NCBI GenBank assembly: GCA_003133025.1
Contig: PKZK01000062.1
Coordinates: forward strand, 201-21,227
Length of the DNA stretch: 21,027 nucleotides
Source of the DNA: Vulcanimicrobiota bacterium
GTDB taxonomy: Bacteria > Vulcanimicrobiota > Vulcanimicrobiia > Vulcanimicrobiales > Vulcanimicrobiaceae
Reading direction: 5' to 3'
This document shows, piece by piece, positions 1-8,264 of the stretch. The position numbers and the translations under genes were made by a program. The notes beneath the pieces were generated by a model, which saw only the letters and a list, made by a program, of their open reading frames with translations, made no database searches and had not been told where the DNA came from. How positions within the stretch are numbered: the stretch's first letter is position 1; every line of letters starts with the position of its first letter.

Positions 1-705
1 AAGAAGCGGGTCGCATCGATCGGCGTCGCCACGGGCCTCGCCTACACGCCGGTCGGCGGCGACATCTTGTTCATCGAAACGACCGCGATGCCGGGCAAGG
101 GCAAGCTCGTGCTCACCGGGCAACTCGGCGACGTGATGAAGGAAAGCGCGCAAGCCGCAGTCTCGTTCCTGCGCTCGCGCTCGGTCGAACTCGGCCTGCC
201 CGACGACTACTTCTCCAAACACGACCTGCACATCCACGTGCCGGCGGGAGCGGTGCCGAAGGACGGCCCATCGGCGGGCATCTCGCTCGCAACCTCGATC
301 GTTTCGCTCCTGACCAATCGCAAGGTCGATTCGAACCTCGCGATGACCGGCGAGATCACGCTGACCGGGCAAGTCTTGCCCATCGGCGGACTCAAAGAAA
401 AGGTCTTGGGCGCCAAGCGCGCGGGCATCTCGAAGATCGTGCTGCCCAAGCGCAACGAGATCGACCTCGACGACGTGCCCAAGGAAGTTCGGGATACGAT
501 GACCTTCACGCCGGTCGAAGAAATCTCCGAGGTCTTCGTGGCGGCGTTCGGCGTGCCGATCGTCACCCCGGCGACGCTCGGCAGCGACGGACCGAAGTCG
601 CGCGGCAACGTCGTGCCGATGCGCGGTTCCGTCACCAACGGCGAGCGTAAACGGACGCCCGCCGGACGCGGCCGCACGGCGGTCTCATCGTCCCGTAAGC
701 GCTAA
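1..705 (+). CDS. lon: ATP-dependent Lon protease, C-terminal proteolytic domain (5'-truncated by window edge)
   Basis: Frame is open from base 1 (KKRVASIGVATGLAYTPVGGDILFIE...). It carries LTGQLGDVMKESA, HIHVPAGAVPKDGPSAG (catalytic Ser), AMTGEITLTGQVLPIGGLKEK (catalytic Lys), then a basic C-terminal tail. Confidence 0.97.
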   Translation, partial: KKRVASIGVATGLAYTPVGGDILFIETTAMPGKGKLVLTGQLGDVMKESAQAAVSFLRSRSVELGLPDDYFSKHDLHIHVPAGAVPKDGPSAGISLATSIVSLLTNRKVDSNLAMTGEITLTGQVLPIGGLKEKVLGAKRAGISKIVLPKRNEIDLDDVPKEVRDTMTFTPVEEISEVFVAAFGVPIVTPATLGSDGPKSRGNVVPMRGSVTNGERKRTPAGRGRTAVSSSRKR

Positions 706-715
706 GGCGCACCTG

Positions 716-1642
716 GTGGCTCCCGAGCGCCGCAACGCGATAACCCTCGTTGCGGCGCTCGCAGCCGTCTACGTGCTCTGGGGTTCGACGTCGCCCGCGA
801 TGAAGGTCGTGGTGGCGACGGTGCCGCCATGGTATATGGCGGCCTTTCGCTTTCTGGGCGCGGGCTCGCTCTTATTTCTCTACGCCCGTTTGCGCGGCGC
901 ACCGTCGCCCAGCGTGCGCGAGTGGCGTGGTGCGGCCATCTCGGGGGCGCTGCTCCTCGTCGGCGGCAACGGCCTCTTCGCGTGGTGTCTGCAATACATC
1001 CCGGCGGGCGTCGGCGCGCTCTTCTTCGCCTTGTCGCCGCTGTGGAACGCGCTGATCGGCGCGATCTTTTATCGCGAGCGGCTCGCACCCACGGCGATTG
1101 CCGGCATCGTGCTCGGTTTTGCGGGCATGCTGTACATCGTCTCACCGAGCGGCAACGAACACATGCCGCCGCTCGCTACGGCGCTGGGCATCGTCTCCTC
1201 GATTGCGTGGTCGGCGGGTTCGATGATCCAGCGCCGTTATCGTTCCAACGACGTCGCGCAGATGAGCGGCATGCAGATGCTCGTCGCCTGCGCGATCTTG
1301 CTGGTGATGGCAGTCGTCGGCGGCGAGCGGCTGCACGTCGACCAATTCACGCCGGCCGCGATCGGGGGCATCGTCTTTCTCGTGATCGGCGGCAGTCTGA
1401 TCGCGTTCAGCGCCTTCGTGTGGCTGGCGCGCCACGCATCGACCGTCCTCGCCTCGACCTACTCGTACGTTAACCCCGTCGTGGCCATCGCGATTTCGGT
1501 CGCGCTCTTGCACGAGCCGCTGACGTGGCAGACGATGCTCGGCGCGGGAATCGTGATCGCGGGCGTCGCGTTGATGTTGCTCTCGCCGTCACCCTCGCCC
1601 GCAGCCGCGCGTCTCCGCGCGTTGGAACCCGTCGAGCCTTAG
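716..1642 (+). CDS. EamA/DMT family transporter
   Basis: 308 aa with about 10 hydrophobic segments. Motifs VYVLWGST, MAAFRF and STYSYVNPVVA are typical of EamA (YedA-like) proteins. Starts 10 nt after the lon stop. Confidence 0.92.
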   Translation: MAPERRNAITLVAALAAVYVLWGSTSPAMKVVVATVPPWYMAAFRFLGAGSLLFLYARLRGAPSPSVREWRGAAISGALLLVGGNGLFAWCLQYIPAGVGALFFALSPLWNALIGAIFYRERLAPTAIAGIVLGFAGMLYIVSPSGNEHMPPLATALGIVSSIAWSAGSMIQRRYRSNDVAQMSGMQMLVACAILLVMAVVGGERLHVDQFTPAAIGGIVFLVIGGSLIAFSAFVWLARHASTVLASTYSYVNPVVAIAISVALLHEPLTWQTMLGAGIVIAGVALMLLSPSPSPAAARLRALEPVEP

Positions 1643-4600
1643 GCGCCGATCAAGACGAAGCCGGCCCAGAGCCACGGAACGTCGGAACCGAAGTCGTGAA
1701 TCACGTCGGCGCGAACGTCGGCTTGCGCGAGTTTGAGCGCCTCGTGCTTCTCTTTGCCCGAGAGCAGATAACCGTAGAAGTCGCGCATTAGCTCCTCGGT
1801 ATACGAGTCGTCGACTTTCCAAAGCGAGACGAGCATCGAGCGCGCGCCGGCCTCGTGGAAGGCGCGCGTCAAGCCGAAGACGCCTTCGCCGAAGCGCACG
1901 TCGCCGAGCCCCGTGCCGCACGCGCTGAGCACCACGAGGTCGGTGCCGAAGAGGTCGAGACCGGTCGCTTCGAGGCCGGTGAAGACGCCGTTCTCGACGC
2001 TCGTCGAGGCCTTGCCGTCGGCCCACAGCCGGTCGGCTCCGGCGAAGAGTAAACCCGACCGGGTCAACGCGTCGCGCGGATCCGCGCTCCACGTTTCGTC
2101 CGAGGCCGGCACGTAGAAGCCGTGCGTCGCGATATGCAGGATCGAGGGATGGTGAATGTTCTTGAGTTGTTCTTCCAGCGCGAGCGGCCCGACGTATTTG
2201 CGCACGTCGGAGAAACCATGCCGGCTCAGGAGCGCGGCGACATCGTCCGCTTCCGCGCGCGTATAACCGAGCGACGGGACGAAGGTGCCGCGCGGACCCG
2301 CGCTGCGTAGCGTCTCGCTCGACCCAACGGCTTGGTCTCCCTCCGCGAGGGCTCTGCCGCTGAGTGCCGCGCGTTGAGCAGACTCGCTGAGGTCGAAGCG
2401 CGGGTCGCCGATGACCACGGCGTCGCGCGCGCTCGGCGCGTGCATCGAACCACGCTGGACCAGGTCCTTCGTGCTCCAGAGGACGCGCACGTCGTAGGTG
2501 TCGCCGAGCAGCGTGCCGTCCGGGCGTGGAATCGCGTTGAAAGCGACGCGGTTCAGCGAGCCGTCGGGCACGATATAGATGCGTGTCGCATTGCCGAGCT
2601 TGCTCGCGATGGGCAGCCAAACGTCGGCATAGAGGGAGTCCTGGAAATGGTGCCGGTCCGAGTCGATGCCGATGAAGGCGTCGTAGCCCGTCTGCGCCTG
2701 GTCCTCGATCCGCTCCGCATCGCCGAGGTCGACGACGGCGGGCCCGACGGAGTCCGGCGTCAGCACGAGCGCCGCGTAGCGCGGTTTGGTCCACGTCAGC
2801 TCGTTCCACTGATCGAAGCGCACGATCTCGACGGCGGCCTCTCCGCGCCGCAGCGCACGGCGAACGTCTTGCCAACGTGCCGGCCGTTCGCGTTGCGTCG
2901 CGATCGCACCGAGCGCGGCGACGCGTCCGACCAAATCCGTTTCGAGGTCGCCGGCTTGGTGCGATAGCGCTGCGTACTCGGCGTCCAGATGCGGAGCGCC
3001 GCCTTCCGGTTCCGATAACTGCGTGGCCGCGAGTTCCGTGTCGAGCGAGCGCAAGCGCGCGAGTTCGGCCTTGGCCCGCGCGTCGCCCGAGGAAAGCACC
3101 TTCGCACGAACCGACTCCATGCTCTCGGCGACGAGGCCGCGGGTGCGTAGCACGACATCGTACATGTCGCCGCCGAGTTGTGGTTCGCGCGCGGCGTTCG
3201 CCAAGACGGCGCTGTAGAAGCGTTCGTAAACGGGCTCGAGCGCCTCGAGGTGGGCTAGGCGTTCGGACTCGTTGGAGAAGGGCAGCGAAGCTTCGATTTG
3301 GGATTGCACGGTCCCGAGCGCGCTCTGATAGTCGGCCCGCGCGGCCCGAACCTTGCCGTTGCGAAACTCTTCCCAGGCCGCAACTTCCACGATGAACTCA
3401 CCGTACAGCGAGTTCGTTCCCAAGAGCGTGTCGGCGACGTGCCGCGCTGCGACCGTCTCGGCTTCGGCCTGATCGAGTTTCTGCTCGAGAAGCAAGACCC
3501 GTCCGAGCACCAGATGTAACGACGACGAGTCGTACGCGGGTTGCTTGCGGGTCGCGTCGAGCGCTGCCCGCGCGTCGGTTTCGGCGGCGGCGTAATCCTT
3601 ATTCCGTTCATCGATGCTTTCCAGCCGGAGCCAGATGAGTGCGAGCGTGCCGACGTCGTCGCTGTTCTGGTCGGCGATTGCGAGGGCCGTGCGGTACACG
3701 GCCTTCGCGGTGGCAAGCGAATCGTCGGTGCGTTCGCTCGCGTAGAGCTTGCCGATGTCGGAAAGAAGCGAGACCAGCGACATGTCCGCGCGATGGTAGC
3801 GCTTGATGGTGATGCGCCAGCCGCCGTCCGGCTTGTCGGTCACGGCGAGGTCGTTCCGGCCGTAGAGCGCGATGGATATGTCGAGTGCCTTGCGGATGTA
3901 CTTGTAGGCGCGCAAGCGGCCGTCGGAATCGCCTTGCATCTCGGCGCGGGCGAGGTGGCGATACGAGTCGGCGACCAGGGCGTCGTTCGGGCCAAACATT
4001 TTCAAGCGCATGTCCAGCGCCGTCTGATAGTTCTCGATGGCTTTGTCCGGGCGGTCCTCATCGAGATACGCCAAGCCCAGCCGGTCGTAGGGTGCGGAGA
4101 GGAAGATCAAGTCGCCGGGAAAAGCGGCTTGCCGCAGCGCGAGAGCGCGACCGTACTCGCGCTCCGCAGCGGCCGCGTTGCCCAGTTCGTCGTCGACGTC
4201 GGCGACGTCGATCAGCGCGGCCGAGACGCGTCCCGGGTGGAAGGGCTTGAGCCCGCTTGCGATCGACAGTTCCAAATTGTAATAGAAGCGCGCTTGGGGA
4301 TAGGCGGTTTCCGTCTCGTACAGGTAGCCCAACGCCGCATACGCCGAGGCAACGGAAAGGCTGTGCTCGCCGAAGGTCGCGCGGTTCACGCGCAGGACGT
4401 CGCGTATCGAGCGTTCGGCTTCGGCATACTCGTGCACGTCGACTTGAGCCCAGAAGAGATTCTGCATGCTATTGGCCCACTCGTGCGCGTTGCGCCCGTA
4501 GAACGGCGTGTCGATGTCCACCGCCGCCTGCGCGGTTACCAGCGCCAAACGGTAGTCGTGAAAGCGTTCGAAAACGTCGGTGAGCGTGTTCAGGTCGTCG

Positions 4601-5448
4601 GTGACGCCTTCGTGGTCGCGCCCGAAACGCACCAACTCGGCCAGCCCCGCGCGGGCGCGGGCCAACGCGGCCTCGGAGTGATCGGTGTGATACGCTTGCG
4701 CGGCGCCTTCGAGTTCCTGGGCCAAAGCCGCGAGGCCGGGCGCGTTGCCGATCTCCTGGCGGATTGCGGTGAACGCGGTCGCGATCGCGCGCTCGTCGTC
4801 GCGCTGGTATTCGTACTCGCCCGTTAAGCGCTGCAGGATGCGCACGATCAAAGCGTTGCCGGGCGGATACACCGCTTGCGCTTCGACGAGCGCGAGGTTC
4901 ATCGCGCGGCGCGCGGCGGCGTAGTCGCCCAGCGCGTCGAGGTCTGAGCCCAGTTCCAAATCGATTCGGGCCAAGTCGCCGCGATACCGCGCGCCGCCGG
5001 CCGCTGCAACGTTCCGCGCACTTTCGAACTCGTGCCGCGCCTGCGCATAATGCATGCCGGTCTCGTCGGCGATCGCTTCGCCGTCGAGGTAGCGTGCCAA
5101 GCGCGGATCGCCCGCCGGATAGGCGCGACGGGCGCGCGCGAGCGCCGTTCGGTAATCGACCGCAGCGCCGTCCTCGTCGCCGTGGAGGTAGCGTTCGTCG
5201 GCGATTTGCTCGAGCAGCCGGGCCTGCGTCGCGACGTCGCTCGCGGGAGTCAGGGCCAAGGCCTTGCGAAAATAGTTCATCGCTTCGAGCGCGCGACGCG
5301 CGAGCGCCTCGCAGGAGCCCGCCCGCTCGAAAGCAGTCGTGCTCGCGACCGCAGGAGCACAAGCATCCACGGCTGCGGCTACCGCTATAGGCGCTAGGCT
5401 CATCGGTATTGCAAATGCGCAGCCGAGCAGGAAGCGATGTACGTGCAC
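1639..5448 (-). CDS. TPR-repeat CHAT-domain (caspase-like/separase-related) protease with predicted N-terminal signal peptide
   Basis: C-terminal CHAT motifs IYIVPDGSLNRVAF, LHIATHGF (His codon 2122-2124), LVVLSACGTG (Cys codon 1918-1920), GLTRAFHEAGA, SLWKVDD and WAGFVLIG. Many kinesin-light-chain-like TPRs. Start chosen at GTG 5448 (GGAG 9 nt upstream, followed by hydrophobic FLLGCAFAIPMSLAPIAVAAA) rather than 5586. Confidence 0.9.
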   Translation of the reverse strand: MHVHRFLLGCAFAIPMSLAPIAVAAAVDACAPAVASTTAFERAGSCEALARRALEAMNYFRKALALTPASDVATQARLLEQIADERYLHGDEDGAAVDYRTALARARRAYPAGDPRLARYLDGEAIADETGMHYAQARHEFESARNVAAAGGARYRGDLARIDLELGSDLDALGDYAAARRAMNLALVEAQAVYPPGNALIVRILQRLTGEYEYQRDDERAIATAFTAIRQEIGNAPGLAALAQELEGAAQAYHTDHSEAALARARAGLAELVRFGRDHEGVTDDLNTLTDVFERFHDYRLALVTAQAAVDIDTPFYGRNAHEWANSMQNLFWAQVDVHEYAEAERSIRDVLRVNRATFGEHSLSVASAYAALGYLYETETAYPQARFYYNLELSIASGLKPFHPGRVSAALIDVADVDDELGNAAAAEREYGRALALRQAAFPGDLIFLSAPYDRLGLAYLDEDRPDKAIENYQTALDMRLKMFGPNDALVADSYRHLARAEMQGDSDGRLRAYKYIRKALDISIALYGRNDLAVTDKPDGGWRITIKRYHRADMSLVSLLSDIGKLYASERTDDSLATAKAVYRTALAIADQNSDDVGTLALIWLRLESIDERNKDYAAAETDARAALDATRKQPAYDSSSLHLVLGRVLLLEQKLDQAEAETVAARHVADTLLGTNSLYGEFIVEVAAWEEFRNGKVRAARADYQSALGTVQSQIEASLPFSNESERLAHLEALEPVYERFYSAVLANAAREPQLGGDMYDVVLRTRGLVAESMESVRAKVLSSGDARAKAELARLRSLDTELAATQLSEPEGGAPHLDAEYAALSHQAGDLETDLVGRVAALGAIATQRERPARWQDVRRALRRGEAAVEIVRFDQWNELTWTKPRYAALVLTPDSVGPAVVDLGDAERIEDQAQTGYDAFIGIDSDRHHFQDSLYADVWLPIASKLGNATRIYIVPDGSLNRVAFNAIPRPDGTLLGDTYDVRVLWSTKDLVQRGSMHAPSARDAVVIGDPRFDLSESAQRAALSGRALAEGDQAVGSSETLRSAGPRGTFVPSLGYTRAEADDVAALLSRHGFSDVRKYVGPLALEEQLKNIHHPSILHIATHGFYVPASDETWSADPRDALTRSGLLFAGADRLWADGKASTSVENGVFTGLEATGLDLFGTDLVVLSACGTGLGDVRFGEGVFGLTRAFHEAGARSMLVSLWKVDDSYTEELMRDFYGYLLSGKEKHEALKLAQADVRADVIHDFGSDVPWLWAGFVLIGA

Positions 5449-5578
5449 GGGGGAAGTCTCCGGTCTGCCGGGGCGCTTCGGCTTCCACCCGCTCGCAGCT
5501 CGCTCCTCGACGTTTTCCGAAGGGCACCATTCCGGACGGAGGGAAGTTGGCGGCCCGGCTATTCTGGGAGGCTCGTCC

Positions 5579-6442
5579 GTGAACATCGCGCGTGCGCTTT
5601 CTTTGGTCGCTCTCGCTGCCGCTGCGGCCGCCGGCGTCGGCGCCGCGGTGGTGGTGGAAGCGCGCGCCGATACGCCCGTCGTCGCGAACGTGCTCGCCGT
5701 GCACGGTCATTGGACGCTCAACGGTGGCGGCGAGATCACCGGCAGCACGGATTTGCCCGGCGGGGCCGTGATCCAGCCACAAGCCGGCGCGAAGCCGGAT
5801 AGCTCGTGGAAGATCATCCTGATGTTGCGCGGCACCGGCCAGTTGATCGGCTGCAAGAAGTACGACGGCACGTGCCGGCTGCCCATTCACCTGCCGCAGA
5901 GCGCAGGTGGAGACCCGACGATGAATCTCGCCGATAACATCGCTCACGCCATTTCGATCTCGAGCGACCACCGCCGCTTCTTGCCCAACCACGTGCGTTC
6001 TGCGCTCCGCGGCGGCGCAGTTCTCACCGAGCGCGTGGTCACGCTCGACGGTACGAAACTCGATCCGAACGCGTTCGTTGCCGGCGCTCCCGCCGGAACG
6101 TACAAGTTACGCTTGCGCGACATCGATCCGGCGCATGCGCCTACCGACGACATTTTCGTGAAGTTCGTCTGGGATCAGAACCACACCGCACCCGTCGAGG
6201 TCGGCGAGTTGAAGCCGGGCGTCTACGAAGTCCAACTCTTCGACGGCTCGGGTTCCTATCCGCGGACCGATCCGGCGTGGCTCGGCATCGTCGCACACGG
6301 CGACTACGCCGCAGCCGATGCTCGCTTCACCTCGGTTCGCACGCTGGTCGCTTCATGGGGACCCGATGCCGACCCGTTCGTCGTCGAACGCTTTCTGAGG
6401 GCTGGGCTCGAATACGTGGTCGACGGGGACGTAACTCGTTGA
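5579..6442 (+). CDS. Hypothetical secreted protein, 287 aa (beta-rich; partner of the CHAT/CHASE2 module)
   Basis: GTG at 5579 is preceded by GGAGG at 7 nt spacing. Signal-like N-terminus (NIARALSLVALAAAAAAGVGAAVVVEARA-D), a Cys pair (GCKKYDGTC), and a TTGA overlap with the downstream gene. Confidence 0.8.
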   Translation: MNIARALSLVALAAAAAAGVGAAVVVEARADTPVVANVLAVHGHWTLNGGGEITGSTDLPGGAVIQPQAGAKPDSSWKIILMLRGTGQLIGCKKYDGTCRLPIHLPQSAGGDPTMNLADNIAHAISISSDHRRFLPNHVRSALRGGAVLTERVVTLDGTKLDPNAFVAGAPAGTYKLRLRDIDPAHAPTDDIFVKFVWDQNHTAPVEVGELKPGVYEVQLFDGSGSYPRTDPAWLGIVAHGDYAAADARFTSVRTLVASWGPDADPFVVERFLRAGLEYVVDGDVTR

Positions 6443-7842
6443 ATGGCGGATTGCTCCCCCGCCTCATTCGCGGCATTCCCTACATCTTGGCTGCGATCGT
6501 CACCACGATCGTGCTCGAACGTTTTGGTCTATTCGCCATCGTCGACACGCGCATGCTCGATGCATTTCTGCTCACCGCGAGCGCGCGCCATGGCGATCCC
6601 TTCGCGGGACAGGTGTTTCCGCACGTCACGATCGTCGGCATCGATAACGAACTCTACAACGACAAGAACCGATTCGATAGTAAGAGTCCGCTCGACCCAA
6701 AGATCGTCGCCGAGCTGATTGCCGACGTCGAGTCGGAGGGGCCGCGCGTCGTCGGCGTCGACATCGATACCACGAGCGAGCTCTACGCAACCAGGGACGC
6801 CAAGACCAAGCAGCTTCCGTTCGTGCCCCATGCCGACTGGGCGCCGATCGTGTGGACCGCGTCCGGCACCTTCGACGACGACCTCTGCCTGACCGGGCGG
6901 GATCCGGTGCTCGGCGGCGTACGCGATCTCTTACGCCCGAAGGACAGCGTGGGAATCGACGATCTCCCGAGCGACGACGACGGCCAACTCCGGCATTATC
7001 AGCGCGCCTTCGCGTCCGCCGGCAGCGCACATTGCAGCGAGACGGCCGTCGCCGCGCCCACCGCCTGGTCGTTCGTCAGCGCGGTCGTGCACGCGTACTG
7101 CAGCGCCGGTAGCAACGATTGTACGCCCGAGATACGGTCGGCGCCCGCGACGGCGGAACGCCTGTTGATCGATTTTCGCGGCGAGTGCGTCGCCGCAACG
7201 TCTTCGGATTGCATCGCTCGCGCCGCACCAAAGAACGACAATACCCTCAGCAAGCCGCACGTCTACGTTCCCGCGAGCCTCGTGCTCGATGCGGGCAAAG
7301 GAGCAAAACTCGGTTTGGCCGACCGCGTCGTTTTGATCGGCGGCTTCTACGATGCGGGACGCGATGCCAAAACGACGTCGTTCGGCGAACGCCAAGGCGT
7401 GGAGCTTCTTGCGCGCGCGATCGAGACCGAACTCGGCGGCGGCGGTGTGCGCGACACGCCCCTGTGGGCAGCAGTGCTCTTCGATGTGGTCGTCGGCATT
7501 TTGCTGATCTACGTCGGCTATCGCTTCACGCTGTGGCCTGCGCTCGGCATCACCGTCGCGCTCTTTCCGGTCACCATCCTGCTCAGCAGCGTCCTGGCCT
7601 TCATGAAGCTCGGACACTGGGTCAGCATCGCCCCGATTTTCTTCGGGATGGCGTTACACACGGCGTTCGAAGATGCCATCGAGAGCGCCGAACTCCGTCG
7701 CGAACGCGAATCCGAAGCGCGGCACCCGGTCGAAACTGCGCCTGACGCTGCCGAAGAAGCAGCCGTTGCACCGACTCCAGCGCAACTGGCCGCAACGCCG
7801 CAGGCTGCGCCGACCCCGTCGCCCCCGCCGTCAGCGCCTTGA
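6439..7842 (+). CDS. CHASE2 sensor domain membrane protein lacking a recognisable cytoplasmic effector domain
   Basis: N-terminal TM; CHASE2 motifs VTIVGID, GPRVVGVDID, DDDGQLRH, LADRVVLIG, GERQGVELLARAIET; three C-terminal TM helices; only about 55 aa of Glu/Ala/Pro-rich tail. TTG start overlaps the upstream TGA. Confidence 0.85.
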   Translation: MNGGLLPRLIRGIPYILAAIVTTIVLERFGLFAIVDTRMLDAFLLTASARHGDPFAGQVFPHVTIVGIDNELYNDKNRFDSKSPLDPKIVAELIADVESEGPRVVGVDIDTTSELYATRDAKTKQLPFVPHADWAPIVWTASGTFDDDLCLTGRDPVLGGVRDLLRPKDSVGIDDLPSDDDGQLRHYQRAFASAGSAHCSETAVAAPTAWSFVSAVVHAYCSAGSNDCTPEIRSAPATAERLLIDFRGECVAATSSDCIARAAPKNDNTLSKPHVYVPASLVLDAGKGAKLGLADRVVLIGGFYDAGRDAKTTSFGERQGVELLARAIETELGGGGVRDTPLWAAVLFDVVVGILLIYVGYRFTLWPALGITVALFPVTILLSSVLAFMKLGHWVSIAPIFFGMALHTAFEDAIESAELRRERESEARHPVETAPDAAEEAAVAPTPAQLAATPQAAPTPSPPPSAP

Positions 7843-7927
7843 CTCGAATCTCAGCGGCTACGGTTGCCTCCGGCCGATGCGCTGTTCGCGGCAACGGCGG
7901 CGGCCGGGTCGTCAAGGCTCAATCCGT

Positions 7928-8242
7928 TTACGTCTCGCGTGGGGGTTGTGAGCCGGCGAGGCGCATCGGCGACACGTCGTAGGTGTTCATGCCGGCCAGC
8001 ACCGATGGATCGTTCGACATAAAGTCGTGGACCTCGGTTACATCGTCGACGTCCATGATGGCCACGCCGTAGGTGCCGGTTTCGGCGAATACCGGGCCGA
8101 ACGCGAGGACGCGCCCCGCGTCGAATTGCCGCTGCGAGTAGGCGAAGTGCTCTTGCATGAGCGCGATCTCTTCCGGCGAGGCGTCGTGCGGAAACGTCGG
8201 ACGCGGCGGAATCAGCCGGGCGAGAAATTTGTGCTTAGCCAT
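7928..8242 (-). CDS. YciI/YCII-related family protein
   Basis: 104 aa with PPRPTF..EE..MQEHFAY, LAFGPV and NDPSV. GAGGAG RBS; lies 22 nt downstream of the selD stop on the same strand. Confidence 0.85.
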   Translation of the reverse strand: MAKHKFLARLIPPRPTFPHDASPEEIALMQEHFAYSQRQFDAGRVLAFGPVFAETGTYGVAIMDVDDVTEVHDFMSNDPSVLAGMNTYDVSPMRLAGSQPPRET

Positions 8243-8264
8243 GAACTCCTCGATGCGCTGGGTG

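Noticed and set aside
1639..5448. CHAT protease as part of a CRISPR type III-E (Craspase) or gasdermin defence locus
   Set aside because: No cas genes, repeats or gasdermin-like ORF nearby, and the protein appears to be exported.
5449..5578. Riboswitch or ncRNA in the CHAT/partner divergent intergenic region
   Set aside because: No recognisable riboswitch consensus and only short GC pairings.
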